Below are positions 11,801 to 24,079 of a DNA stretch of 64,000 nt, in pieces. Source of the stretch: Phoronis australis (taxonomy: Eukaryota; Animalia; Phoronida). A program made the translations under genes and the position numbers. Position 1 is the stretch's first letter. Every line of letters starts with the position of its first letter. The stretch spans positions 1 through 64,000 of the forward strand of contig NMRA01000033.1 of assembly GCA_002633005.1 (NCBI GenBank). Direction: 5' to 3'. The notes under the pieces were generated by a model, which made no database searches, was not told the DNA's origin, and saw only the letters and a list, made by a program, of their open reading frames with translations.

Positions 11801-13460
11801 CACTTCCTGAACGCCTGGTGTTCAAATTCAGTTCCCGTGGATCACTCAGATTCTCAGTGCGCACCGAGCCTACTGCAGGTTTACATCTTATTTTTAACGT
11901 GGGTACGTCAGTCATGACGTGCACGCGAATCAGGACAAGCAATCAATTCAGTTTTGAAGAACAAAAATTCATTGCTCAGTACTACTGGAAACTAAAAATA
12001 CCAAGGAAATGCAAAGACAATCTTTTCAAGTAATGAGTGTAATTTTATTTATTTGAGGTTTTTTAAAACGTTTTTTTTTCTATTTACGATTTGTGAATCC
12101 GAATTTAATCAATGTCTCGAGAGCTATTTTAGATATGCAAAAATCGTTTATAAGCGTACTACCATTTGGGGATCGGATTATAGAGTTTTTCTAACTTCAG
12201 TCTGTAACTACATTCACTGAAACATCATCAATTTTTACAAGATCAGCTTCAAATTGCCAAAAATCATCTATTTCGGTGTCTAACGGAGCTCTACACACGG
12301 CTACCAAGCTGTATGTTGACGACAGTCTTCATACAGCTAGCTGGCTTTCTACCTCAGTATGTACATTTATGATGCAACTTTTGTAAATACATCCAGGGGC
12401 GGATCCAGGATTTTGAGTTGGGGGGCACGGCAAATAGAGTAATCAAAAATTAGCCAGAATTTTGCCCTTCAGACATTCGCACCCCCGAAATGTCAAATGG
12501 AAGCTGGGAGAATTTTATGGGGGGCCATGGCCCCTCTAAATCCGCCACTGACATCTATTCATTTTGTGTGCTATACAATGTTTTAAATGCATTCTTAGTT
12601 TTCACTTTAAACTGAAGAATATTTGATTACCGTACTTTATGTTACGGCAGGGTCAAATGTTCTGGAAAGAAATTGTGTACTGCCTAGGGGAAGAATCCTA
12701 CAGTCGCACATCTTAATTGCCTACTAAAATCTGACAGGTGACAGAAATTCTGCTTGAAGCTTTGAACACCGTATCTTCAAGAAGTATTCTCTTGCGATGA
12801 ACACTCGGTCGGTTCACTCTTAGGTGTACATGTAGCTATTTCCCCTCGGCGTTTCCCACTAGCTGTTACCCGTGCTAACTAACCATCGGAAATAGTCCTT
12901 TAGTGTAATTTAATTCACAAATTGTGGTCTTCACTTTCTTCAAAATTCCACCCTTACAATGGCGGCAATCCTACTGTATTTTTCACATTTTTGGTTGTTT
13001 GGGTCGAATGGCTGTGCTGTGCACGAATGTTTTGTGTTTTGTTTTTTTTGATGAATTTTGAATCTCAACTTCCATCGTGAATACTTGGCAGAGTCGGATT
13101 TACATGTATAGATGGACAAAGGGACATTAGTTTATCCCCGAACTACTTCATGGAGAGAGAGTACCGTCTGAAATGGGATACCTTAAGAAGAAAGGCTAAA
13201 CATCTTTAACCTTGGAAAAAAGGGTGACAGTGCATTCCACTGATGTAGGGAGTGACTCTTTCAACATGAAAGCCGGTTTCACGATTTCACAAAAAAGGAA
13301 AATAGAGGTAATCGATTCCAACATTGGACCTTTCTCCGTGAGAGGCCCCTTAAGAATCTGCCAATAAAAACACAAAAAGGTTGGCCACATGAATGTTATC
13401 AAAAGTCTCCTTCAAGGGCAGGGCCCCTAAATATGAAAATATCTATATTTTCAAATAATT
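8540..13460. repeat. Large diverged inverted repeat (arms ~8540-10190 and ~11620-13460) containing Tc1/mariner-like ends
   Basis: Collinear reverse-complement matches at several points, e.g. 8590-8760 vs 13250-13430, 8860-9040 vs 12875-13070, 9890-10190 vs 11625-11925. Mariner-like terminus ttttgggacacactctg-TA at 10013-10031, and FSFEEQKFIAQYYW at 11947-11990 resembles a mariner N-terminal HTH. Confidence 0.75.
12394..12550. mobile_element. MITE (CAGGGGCGGAT / ATCCGCCACTG termini) with 5-bp TSD ACATC
   Basis: TIRs visible; ACATC at 12389-12393 and 12551-12555. A related end occurs at ~11370. Confidence 0.75.
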
Positions 13461-13886
13461 ATCAGGAAATGCGCAGCAAGGCGAACAACCTTTCAACGAA
13501 GATTTGAACTTCTCAAGCAATTTACTTTATGCTCGGAATATGTCCCGAAAATATTAGGTGCGTCGCAAGCTCCGTTTCCAGAGATACAAAGGAGACCGTG
13601 TATAGGCGATATAAGGTCATTTATTATGACTGATAAGGTACAGAAATATGAGTGTAAAAATAACATAAAGATAAAATAATAATCTCTGGAAAGATGGGCA
13701 ATAAAAAGCGCCACGAGAGATGTTGAAGACATCTCATGCCCATCCGCAGGGACGCACATAGACAACAATTACATGGCCATCATAGCCATATGTGAAACCG
13801 GAACACTGTCCGAAGACAACCTCAATGCACTTACTATTCCAGAATACAACATTGCCTACCACACTAACGCCGGTAGGGGGTTTATC

Positions 13887-14150
13887 CATGCACGCACCCA
13901 GCCTAAAATATAGGGGGCTCGAATTTTTCGGTATGCGGACCTCTTACGGCAAATCAACGAGGACTAAAACAAGCGGTGCCACTATAGGTTCAGGCCTATG
14001 AATTGTGCCATCAGCGCCGAATTCCTTTGGCCTTTGTGCCGGGACTTTTGTCTCGTTTACTCAGACTTTTGTTTCACTGAGGCGGACCTTTTTGCCCAAT
14101 TCGCCAAATTGGGGGCTCGAGCCCCCGAGCACCCCCTGTGTGCGCCCATG
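13887..14150. mobile_element. MITE family A, copy 2
   Basis: Homologous to 4684-4934 with CATG...CATG termini. Confidence 0.7.
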
Positions 14151-14259
14151 ATCGTGTTTGTTCACAACTCCGTAAATTACAAAGGAATTGACAATAAAAT
14201 TAAACAATCAATGAATAACTGTTGGATTGAGTTTCATGTCAACCACAATTAAGAAAGTA

Positions 14260-14910
14260 TATTAGGGTTTTTTCTATCACTCACCCTCACCGACGTCCCA
14301 TGAAAGGAAAGCATTTTTCAAGACCTTTTCAGAACAATTGCAAGAACTCTCATAAACTAATAAAACAATTGTTATCAACGAGGATTTCAACGCAAGAAAT
14401 AGTACTTGGTACTCAGAAGACAATGACAACCAAGCCGGTCTCGAATTATTCGATATTCTCCTCTCAAATGACTGTGCACAACTAATAAACGAGCCGACAC
14501 GTTTTACAGAGTATTCACATTCTTGTCTTGATTCATGTATAATCTCGGATTAATTGAATCCACTTCTGTTAAACCTCCCATTGGTAACTCAGACCACCAC
14601 GTTATAGAACTCAACTGCGCACCTAAGGAACCAGACATTAGAAAAAGACCTGGAATTACCACCTCATTAACATGGACAAACTGCGCACCGACATAACCAT
14701 ATATTTAACTAACTGGACTGAAATTCTCAACAAAAGTGACATAAATCAGTGACGCAGTCTTAACATTCACACACTCTACAACATACTAGATCCCATCAAC
14801 CATGAAAACAATCGTGGTTTAACAATAAAATTAAGTCTGAAATAAATAAACAAATAAACTGTACAGATCGTTCAGAAAATCAAATAACCCGTGCACGTTT
14901 AAGTGCTACA
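14260..14910 (+). mobile_element. Degenerate CR1/L2-type LINE fragment (APE endonuclease region)
   Basis: Frame-disrupted motifs LGFFYHSP, INEDFNA (GDFN), QLINEPTRFTEYSHSCLD and IGNSDHHVI. Confidence 0.75.
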
Positions 14911-15277
14911 CTAAAAAGAACCGTGCAAAATGTGGGAGAATTAATTAGCACTCATTCTGCAGAAGAACCACTGACGTCGCTGCGTTGTTTTCACCTTCCT
15001 CACAGGTTAAAGGCGAAGTCAACCTTTTTTCATGTCACTTTTAGCAAAAATAAGGTTCGTTGATTATCCCAGACACATTTTTCACTTAATTACAGCTTTT
15101 CTTAATTTGATTAATTTCTCGTCCTCTACTCCGGAAGTGACGTTTTGGGAAGCAAGTTTCGCGCCAATTTCTTTTCATTATAGTCTGACTGTGAGAGCAG
15201 TCGAGTCAGTCATTGTTCAACCTCGGTTGTGATAAGTTCGGTCGTCGTTTGCTTTTGTTTACATGAAGTCAGTCAAC

Positions 15278-15620
15278 ATGCCACGTACGCTGTTGCTGCG
15301 CGTGCCGGGATGTACTCATTATCGTCTCACACGCGCTTTGGGTACCTTGCATCGCTTTCCGAAGGATGACACACTTCGCCGTACTTGGCTAGCTCGTTCA
15401 TGTGAAGAACGCAGCGCTACCGTCCACGCAACATGGAGCAGTGGAGGGTTACCGAGTGTGTGACAAGCATTTTCCGCCGTCAGATTATGACAGATATGTA
15501 CGCTGAATTGATGAAGGTCCCTGCGAACTTGACAACGCCTGAAGAAGGGTACCATACCGTCGCTGTTTATTCCCGGCAGCCAGTGCCCCGTCGCCAACTC
15601 CGAGAAGTACGTTTTTGAAG
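15278..15620 (+). pseudogene. Degenerate THAP zinc-finger coding relic (transposon-derived; possibly Kolobok, with a TTAAAGG-type end at ~15008)
   Basis: VPGC...LHRFPKDDTLRRTWL...W...V(C)DKHF...DY...RLKKGTIPSLF read across frameshifts. Confidence 0.65.
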
Positions 15621-16563
15621 CGACTTGGTTTAGCTATGATACGCAAGACGTTCCAACCTGTTACATGAGTTTACTCAGCGGTGGAAATCAGAGTATCTTA
15701 CATCTCTTCGCGAGTATCACAATATCAAATCTGGTTGCCAATCCGTGAAATGTGCCTTCGCGCCGAATTTCAGTGGACTTTTGTCTCGTTTCCTCGGACT
15801 TTTTATTTCTCTGAGTCGGACCTTTTTGCACACTTTGCTAAATGGTTCGGGCTCATTCAAGCCGCCCCCCCAAGCCCCCCTGGGTGCGCACATGCCACTC
15901 GTTGTTATTAGCTACATGTACCTCAAGCCCTGGTACATATGCATGTACATATTAATACTGTTTTATATCTTTTCTATAACAATTCATTTCCACATTTTTA
16001 CTTGTTGCCCAGATGTAATGTTAATTCAATTTCTGAGCAGTAATGTTGTAGGAGGTCAGCGGCATGAAGTACATTATAATTCACAACAACCAGGCACAAT
16101 TGTAACCCGGAGGTAGTAAAAGTCACGACAAGTATTTCGGTATTTTGCGACGCCATGATAACCATCACTTTTTAACGGACTATTTTCATTTGAGTGGCTA
16201 AACCAATCTCTGCTGACTTTAGTGCATCTTTCAAAGGAAATTATAATTCCTCGATTGGGAAATCCTGACGTTTCAAGCCTCGTCCATGCGCCTTTGTGCA
16301 ACTTTTCAAAAAACACGATACTTTGACTGAAATGAGTACGGGTGAGTGCCTCTTTATTTTTGTGTTTTAGTCAGTGAGTGCATGTCTCAAAATGAGTCGG
16401 GGCAGAGACTGGAACCGATTATAATTTTGTAGTTTAACACCATGCCACAAATAATAGGTGCTAAGTGGCGGAAACGTGAAGTTCGTGTTATTTTTGAGAA
16501 ACGCTGTTTTCTTTCGAAAACAGGGCGCGAACCTTTGAAACAATCCAGTGAGCGTCTTCTTAC

Positions 16564-16678
16564 CTGCAATTGCAGCAGCCTCTTTAGCTAACTGTTCTTC
16601 TTCTATATCGTCCTGAGTACGAGACGTGATAGACAGACGCGGAGTGTTATCCATTGTCTGGGGAGCTACCATGGTTTG
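16564..16678 (-). CDS. Orphan putative exon (115 nt), product unknown
   Basis: Long polypyrimidine tract plus AG before 16678, aaaccATGG context (ATG at 16672), and a strong donor CAG|GTAAGA. Reads (QT)MVAPQTMDNTPRLSITSRTQDDIEEEQLAKEAAAIA, exiting in phase 1. Confidence 0.55.
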
Positions 16679-17511
16679 CTTGCAGAAGGTAAAGGAAGGG
16701 AAAAAAGTGACAATAAGTTGCTCGATGAGCAATTTTTGTTAGAAAAAAAATAAACAAGATGTAGCATTAACCGAGATTTAAACAGTCCACGCAGTGATTT
16801 GAACAAACTTAACCCAGTAAAGATGCCCGTGTGAAGATTTCAGTCACACCACGTACAGTATGACTGAAATTCGTACATGAGCAGATAACGTTCGCCACCG
16901 AGGTGAAATTTGAGGCTACGCAAATCAAATGCCCAAGGTCACATAAAACACAGGTGACTGTGAAAGCGTACCCTGTCTGTAAAAGTACACGCTCACCAGG
17001 TAGCATATTCGTAGAAACCAATCTTTCAATAAATTTTGCATATCAAAATGTTACCCTTGCGAAGCCCGATTTAGCAAATTAAAGGCCCGGTGCTAGCGAA
17101 CATGAAACAAGTTAGAAGTAAATGCTTAAATATCAACATGTTTTACACAAATCTCATTTTATTTTGAAATGCCTCTGAATCGAAAGTCGGGATTTGAGAA
17201 ACGATGTCAAAAGTTAAACGATCAAATTGAGTCCTTTTCAACATAACCTTCTGACCTAATTTAAAGTGACTGTATGACGCACCAGTCTTCTACGCATGGT
17301 TCAAGTGATTTTAAGTTGGGACTGCGACGTTTCATGAAGCTCGAGAGTATGGAGCAGAAAGTGGTTGTTTTGTAAACCAGGCGTTCTCTACAACACAGTG
17401 AAATTAAACTATTGCAAATTCCTTCGAAAACCTTTGAATACTGAAACCGGCCAGTGGTGACTAGTCGTGGGTAGACATAGGCGACGCACATCCTATTGTA
17501 GCCTTTTCGCC

Positions 17512-18225
17512 AGAAGCTTTCGGCAAATTATGCCTTACACTGACTAAACTAGTCACGTTGCTGTAAGTACCTTTTGAGCATAGATGGACACATTAGGAGG
17601 CCCTTGATGCTATTAATTCTTTCCAAATCGAACAAATACCACCTGCAATCAACGTTTCTTTCCAAATAGTCCTTCGTTCAATTAACGAAAGTGGGGAACT
17701 AAATCATTTCTGTTTTGTTTGCATCACGTTATCGTCTTACCAAAATTACTTTGAGGTGGTGATGTAGTAACATCATTTCTAAAATCTTTAGGTCTATTTA
17801 CACAATCCTCTAGCTTATTAACATTGACCAACCGGAACGTCGCGCCAGTGTAAATAGGCTAGAGGTTGGTGTAAACAGACTAATAGATGTTATAAATCTT
17901 GTCTATACTATCGCATGTAAATTTATAAATCACATCGAGGTCGACTTCCATGACCTCGGGAGTGAGCCAATCACTAACGCACTACAGAGTTCGCTAGTGC
18001 TTTAAACTTGCCTGCCAGAGTCGCACCTCTCGTACCTGGACAAAATAGTATGATCTGGTTGACGTATTGGAAAGAAAGTTTAATTACAGAAGTATTTGTT
18101 CGAGTTGGAAGAAATTAAAGGCATCAACGTCTTTCTGACGTGTTTCTCTGTGCTCAACAGTTACTTACAGCAACATTACTTTGATGGTTTCGTTAGTGTG
18201 AGGCATAATTTGCTGAAAAGCTTCC
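17512..18225. repeat. Nested imperfect inverted repeats (foldback/MITE-like)
   Basis: 17512-17672 is the reverse complement of ~18060-18225; inner hairpin 17775-17825 vs 17845-17898. Confidence 0.7.
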
Positions 18226-18239
18226 GGTGTATGGCGACC

Positions 18240-18810
18240 CTATGGGATAATCACCATATGTACCAGCAGCTGTAGTGCTGTCTACGGTAGAAACGAACAC
18301 GAATGGGACAATGTGAGCGAGAACCTTACGGATGAGTATGCGCAACATGTGGAGGAGAGAACTCCGATATCGAAAGATTCCAATAATGAGGACGAAGACA
18401 AAAACATTGATTCGAGTGTTATCTTTCAGACGGATGCATTTTGACTGATCAGCAATCGACTAACACAATGCTACAGTGTACCACTACCATCTGACTCCAT
18501 TCTTATCCACCGCTGACACCTAGTTTCATTTCGGTGCAAAACCCGAATTACGACTATTAACGGATATTAAGACCGATCTAACACTGGAATTTTTCAAACA
18601 AATTATGTTGGACAAGTCCTTGCAAAATGTGCTAAGTAGGCAAGCGTGACTAATTCTTCGGACGGGTTAATGGACGAATGTGGACCTAGGCTGCGCGTCT
18701 TGAACCACCAATCCATCTTGTAAAGCAGTGAGCACCTGAAAGATGCCTTGATCTTTCGAGGCATGTATTCAGTAGACTTAGGGTAAAATCTCCAAACATG
18801 GTTTAGCATT
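18240..18810 (+). mobile_element. Possible piggyBac-like transposase N-terminal relic
   Basis: Acidic stretch (EWDNVSENLTDEY...NNEDEDKN) followed by LEFFKQIMLDK; heavily decayed. Confidence 0.25.
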
Positions 18811-18936
18811 CTTTTAAATTTTATTCTTATACTTACACTAGAGTTAATTTATTAATAATGTAATAATGCCCAAAATTAATCAAATAATATACTTCAGAAG
18901 TTTTTGTACCAGCTTTACATGTACGTTCGTGCAAAT

Positions 18937-20713
18937 AGTCTAATCACAACTGCACACGTGAAGATTGACATATCCAAATTCAGCGTTTCGATTTATTACA
19001 AACCAACCATCTTCAGGGAGAAGTAGTACGTTATGTATACATATACATATACGTGTGTGCGTGCGTGTGTGCGTGCGTGCGTGTATATATGCAGGAGGGC
19101 CAGGCCAAGCCGAGCTGCGGACACTTATCGTTGTTAACTTATCTTTATTCCATTCCGTTCGTATCCGCAGAGCATTGGTAAAGTAATGACGTAACTGACC
19201 AATAGACATGATCAAAAGACACGATATTTCGAAACCTACTTGTATCATTCTCAAGTGGACATATCATGACGCAGTGCTACCAGCACAGAGCAAAATCTGC
19301 GTAACATACACAATGGGACACGGCAGGTGTGAAATACTGCAAACAATGACAAATGGAAGAGGTAACAGAAAAGTCAAGCAAATTAGTGTAGCGTGCGGCA
19401 CGACACTGTTTGCTGCTCATTCATACGAGGCTTCTCAAATGCAATCAAAAGAAACCCCAATACATGCAATCGCAACACATCGTGTTTACCACAATTTCTT
19501 GACGGGTGATTTTACGTTCATGACATTGCAGAAAATGATCTTTGTTTGGCCCCATTCGGAAGATGCATAGACAACCAACGTGAAAAACACCAAACCATTT
19601 AATCAATGTAACATCGATTGACATTTGAACGGAGACATTCGTTCATAGGTCTTACAAACTCATTAACAACATTACACTGGACAACGGGGCGAACGTTCGC
19701 TTTAGAAATGTTATTTTTCATGACGAAATTGGGGGACTTCATATTCCGATAATAAACAATGACGAGGTTATCATCTGGCTTACAAACTTTGACATTATCC
19801 CTGATGACTTTCTTTATGGCGTGTTTGTCTTGGAAGTAATCATTGGACATAATATTTTTGTGAAATACCTTTTTGGTCAAACCGGTGCGATGGGCACTGG
19901 ATTCACAATTAATTTTGGACACGAATCAACTAATATGTCGGTCTACAAAAGCATTGGTGTAGCTATTATTCACCCTGATTTGTTTATACGATCTATATAT
20001 TGATTGAACACTAGCCAATTAAACGACACCAAATACGCCCTCTTTAGGAAGTTAACCACAACGGCGCCCTTATACTGCTCAGGGAACTCGCTTTTGGCGT
20101 ATAGCAGTTACTGTACCAACGCTCTGTTGAATGTCGAACTTTGTTCTGAGGATACGAACGGAAGGGAATAAAGATAGTTTACAACGACAAGTGTTGTGTC
20201 TTTAACAAGTTTTGCATAACGGAAAAACGTGCTACCCAAGTACAGCATATACATATACATGTACATACATACTTGTCGTTATATAAATAATGTTCATATG
20301 TTGTATCACCTATGTATTTTATTAAATTTTACGACGTTTTGTAGTACATTAATTTTCATGACAATTCTTACTGTAATTGCGCTCTTATATATGCCACCTT
20401 ATATTCGTGTTAATGTCATTGTTCTTGGTTCATGTATCTTACACGATAGCGTTCATGGTTTTAAATTTATTTGCCTTGGATGACTGAAGTCTAGCCAAAG
20501 TATAGCAACTGTTTTATTATGAAATGTTTTGTACAGTGTTTTATTTTATATACTCACATATTTGTGTTCGTGATGCCACTTACACTCGGCGATCTACTAT
20601 TTCAACTGTCATCTGAAGAAAGAAATTGATGTAGACACAACGAAAGTTTGTTGAACAAACTATCTAAGGCCAAGAACAGCTTACTTTTTAATGAAACATA
20701 CATATACATATAC

Positions 20714-20745
<32 letters not shown>

Positions 20746-20855
20746 TGCGTTTTGATTTGATCTGTACTACTTTTCTCTGAAGATGGTTTGTTTGTAATAA
20801 CAGAAACGTTGGATTTGGATATGTCAATCTTCAGGTGAGCGCTGGTGATCAGACT
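18937..20855 (-). mobile_element. Penelope-like retroelement relic with inverted terminal repeats
   Basis: 18937-19029 is the reverse complement of 20764-20855, each bordered internally by a microsatellite. Internal minus-strand GIY-YIG-adjacent region (IVYYRNMKSPNFVMKNN...CNVVNEFVRP..EC...YID). CTGAAGA...GAAAC cores in both ends. Confidence 0.75.
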
Positions 20856-21754
20856 CTTGTTACTATTCTGGTTAAAAGGCAACGTTTTTCATGCTGGCAG
20901 CCATTTACCACTTACTGATGACATCGATAATTGCATAGGCTCTCGACCGGCTAAAAGACGGCGCAAATACAGCAGACGACCTTGTCTCGTTTCCAACTCC
21001 GAAAATTCTTTTTGAAGTTGATACATCCTTTAATGAAAATGTTGCGATAGAAAAGCACTGGATGGCTAAAGTAAATCTTTTGTGAGCTCAACTAAATATC
21101 TCGAAGACATAAAAGTAAGGGCTAGGTATCTTTTAGAAAATACATACATTCAGAAAACATCTATATAAGGCATACATGTACGTATACATAAGGAACACAA
21201 GACCGCGCTTGCTATATGTGAAACATACACGCACTTGCCTGTTTTTAATTACGAAAGGAAATAGTTTCTGGAAAAAGGCATTATTTTGAATATAGACGCA
21301 TGAGCCTAAATAGTCGAAAATACTCTTTACTATGAGCCCTACCGTCGTCTCATCCGGGAAATGAGGCAAATTGGTTCTTTTCTATGCGGAACCATTTGGA
21401 ATACCTGCTCGTCCAGTGCTATAGAATAAAGAAACAAACTCAGTGACAATAAATGCAATAGTTTATAAACTGGAGTTGCGTATTGCAGAGCAGTTGAAAG
21501 GAGAGAGCTGGANGGAGGGAGGGAGGGTGGGAGCAAGGGAGGGGCGGAGTTAGAGAAAGACAGAGAATTAGTTATAGACAACGCACTTGTCAAATAAACA
21601 GATGATAAAACAGTATCCACGGTAATTCTCATTTATAAAGGAAAGGCACACTGGCATTGAATACTTCGTTAGTATTCAAAGGCCCAGAAATCAGCGAGAT
21701 TTGCAATGGCTGAAAAACACAACTTGCTAGATCTGTTTTGAAACTAAACATCCT

Positions 21755-21958
21755 TCCTCTACCCCTCTCTTCGTCTCCATCCCTTTCCGTCTCCCTCACT
21801 CCCTTTTCATCATCCTCTTTCCCCCCTCTCCCTACTCACCTTTCCATTGCCCTCCCTCTTTTTCTCTCATTTTTCTTCTCCGTTCATTTTCACATTCCTT
21901 TTTCACCCCCTCTTCCTCTCTCCACTCAGCTCTCTTCGTCTCCGCCCCCACCCCCATG
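21755..21958. repeat. Polypyrimidine low-complexity tract (a purine-rich tract lies at 21495-21565)
   Basis: Base composition. Confidence 0.85.
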
Positions 21959-22269
21959 GGATTTCAGGACTTTGAAAGAACTGACTGTTATTTCTTAATA
22001 TCATGCATAACAGTTGGCATGACAAGGCGTATAATTTTATTAACCGAGCGTGAACTCTAACAATAACCCACCGCCAGTTCTTTGCAAAACCTCCAAAAAC
22101 GACTGCTTTACTGAGTAAGGAACAAGTTGACAGCAATTTCATAGCGACAAGTGGTTTAAATCAAAACGCGCATCTTGGACGGAACGCTACTTTAAAGCCT
22201 TTCTTAAACGGTAACACCAGTACATTTGATTCCAACAGTATGTTAAGAGCATTACTTTTTCAAGGTATT

Positions 22270-22960
22270 AGTGTAGCCAAGGCTGTTCAAAGCCCCTTCC
22301 ATCCGTTTCACAGTCAAGACTGCACTTGACAGGTGCTTGAACCCCGTCCCTGCAACAGAAGCTTATCAACTTCGCCCTAGACCTTTCCACGATGCCTCCT
22401 ACCAAAGACTTAGCAGGTGCTCGTGGACTGTCACTGCTGTAAACGCAACCATGGGCCTCATCGGCGAACACAGGATCGCACAAGATGCTGCTCTGCTGCC
22501 AGTACAAGAACTCGGTGAGAAACCAAATGTCACCATTGCTTTCAACAGGGAAGCTCGGGAATGACCTCCAGGAGTAGCCCAAGCATTGTGCCTTCAGCAA
22601 TGGCGTGATCTTGGCGGTATTAATTCCATCATTGTAGCAACAGATGGATCCTTCGATGGTGAAACTAATCGTGTTGATGAAAGTTCAATCTGGAAACCTC
22701 CCACCCAACTAGGGCGTCTTCCAATCACGCCACCCTCGTAATATAGTGATCTGGTCTTTCGCACCTGGCCACGCCGGTGTCTCGATTAATGAGCGTGCAG
22801 ATTACCTCGCTGGCTCATGCACCACCAACCAACCCCTCTGCTTATATTCGGCTCATGGTAAGCTGCTGGCTCAAAAACACACCCTCGAACAGACTTCGTC
22901 CCAACTGGCTGAGTTCAATGACGGTAGCCGACTGACACGCTGCTAAAAGTCACAAGAAGA
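22270..22960 (+). mobile_element. Non-LTR retrotransposon fragment with RNase H domain (I/Ingi/R1-group-like)
   Basis: Motifs IVATDGSFDG and IWSFAPGHAGVSINERADYLA, with stops and deletions. Confidence 0.75.
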
Positions 22961-24079
22961 GTTTTGCCCGAGTGTTGTCAAATCAGATGCTGACAGGCAA
23001 CGTCAGCCCTGGAGTTCTGTGCCTTCTGCTGTCACGGGGATGGTTTGGGGAGGGAATTAATGCACCAGCATATTCCCTATGACCCTGTCCGTGACAGGTA
23101 TTACATGTATATATTACAGTTAAGAGCATCGCTCTGAGCCCTCTGGTGCCATAAATTGTCAAATGTAACGAACTGTTAGGCATTTGACTTGCTTTTGCCT
23201 ACGACACCGAGAGAATCACCGTTTAATTCAAACAGCTAATAATAACACCCACACGCCCTATTCAGACACATATACACTACAACTGTTATCGGCCTGAAAT
23301 CTCGCAGTGATACAATATGACACGAAAAAGAACTGCACCTATCATTTGACGGGTCTACATTTGCGGGACTGAATTCGCGTTTTCTTATTTTACTAAGGCT
23401 TTGCTTGGACTACCTGGTTAGCCCAATACTCTAAAGTAACAAAATTCTGTTGACGTTAGGCTTTAAATGGAAAGGGTTGCTTACGTACAGAAAACAAGGT
23501 CCGTGAGAACTTACCAAATTCTTTACCCATTCCGATTTCTGCGTGTGTCGTGAAGTTGATAAAAGTGGGATGTGGAACTGGTACGCAGTTCATAATGTCC
23601 CTGAAATAGTAGAAGCTGGGTTTAAATATTTTTGACAAATGTAACCTCGTCTGAGTTCTGCATAAGCATTTATGCGAGACCGGAAGCAAGTCATATAAAC
23701 ATGGCTAACCTCATTATTTTTATATCTTAAGAAATGTATATTTTTCCTCAAAAGTAGAATACCCGCCAAAATCCCTTGTTGCATTAAATCCAAGTTCTCA
23801 AGGAGTCGCTTACACCTATCCACTTCCAATACTAAACTCGGAGAAGAAACATGATTATTGGATGATGCTATTTATAGAGTATCCTCTGTTTTGATTTTGA
23901 AGGGTTAAGTTCGGTCAGTAAACCAACATATTCACATACACATGTATAGATATATACGCACGCACACAGGTATACGCACACGCACACACACGCATAGAGA
24001 CATGCAATTTGTTAAACACAGCAATGTTTATGATTAACGTCTTCACTTTAGTTCTTTGTATCTCAACAATATTCGCCAG

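Noticed and set aside
13148-13167. Possible terminal exon (tttcAG|AC GGT ACT CTC TCT CCA TGA) completing the orphan exon as a 42-aa peptide
   Set aside because: Phase-compatible, but such short matches arise by chance and it lies inside a repeat arm.
21339-21998. Ser/Pro/Leu-rich ORFs
   Set aside because: Translation of polypurine and polypyrimidine tracts.
22985-23100. HDV-like ribozyme
   Set aside because: I could not build the P1/P1.1/P2/P3 nested double pseudoknot on either strand.
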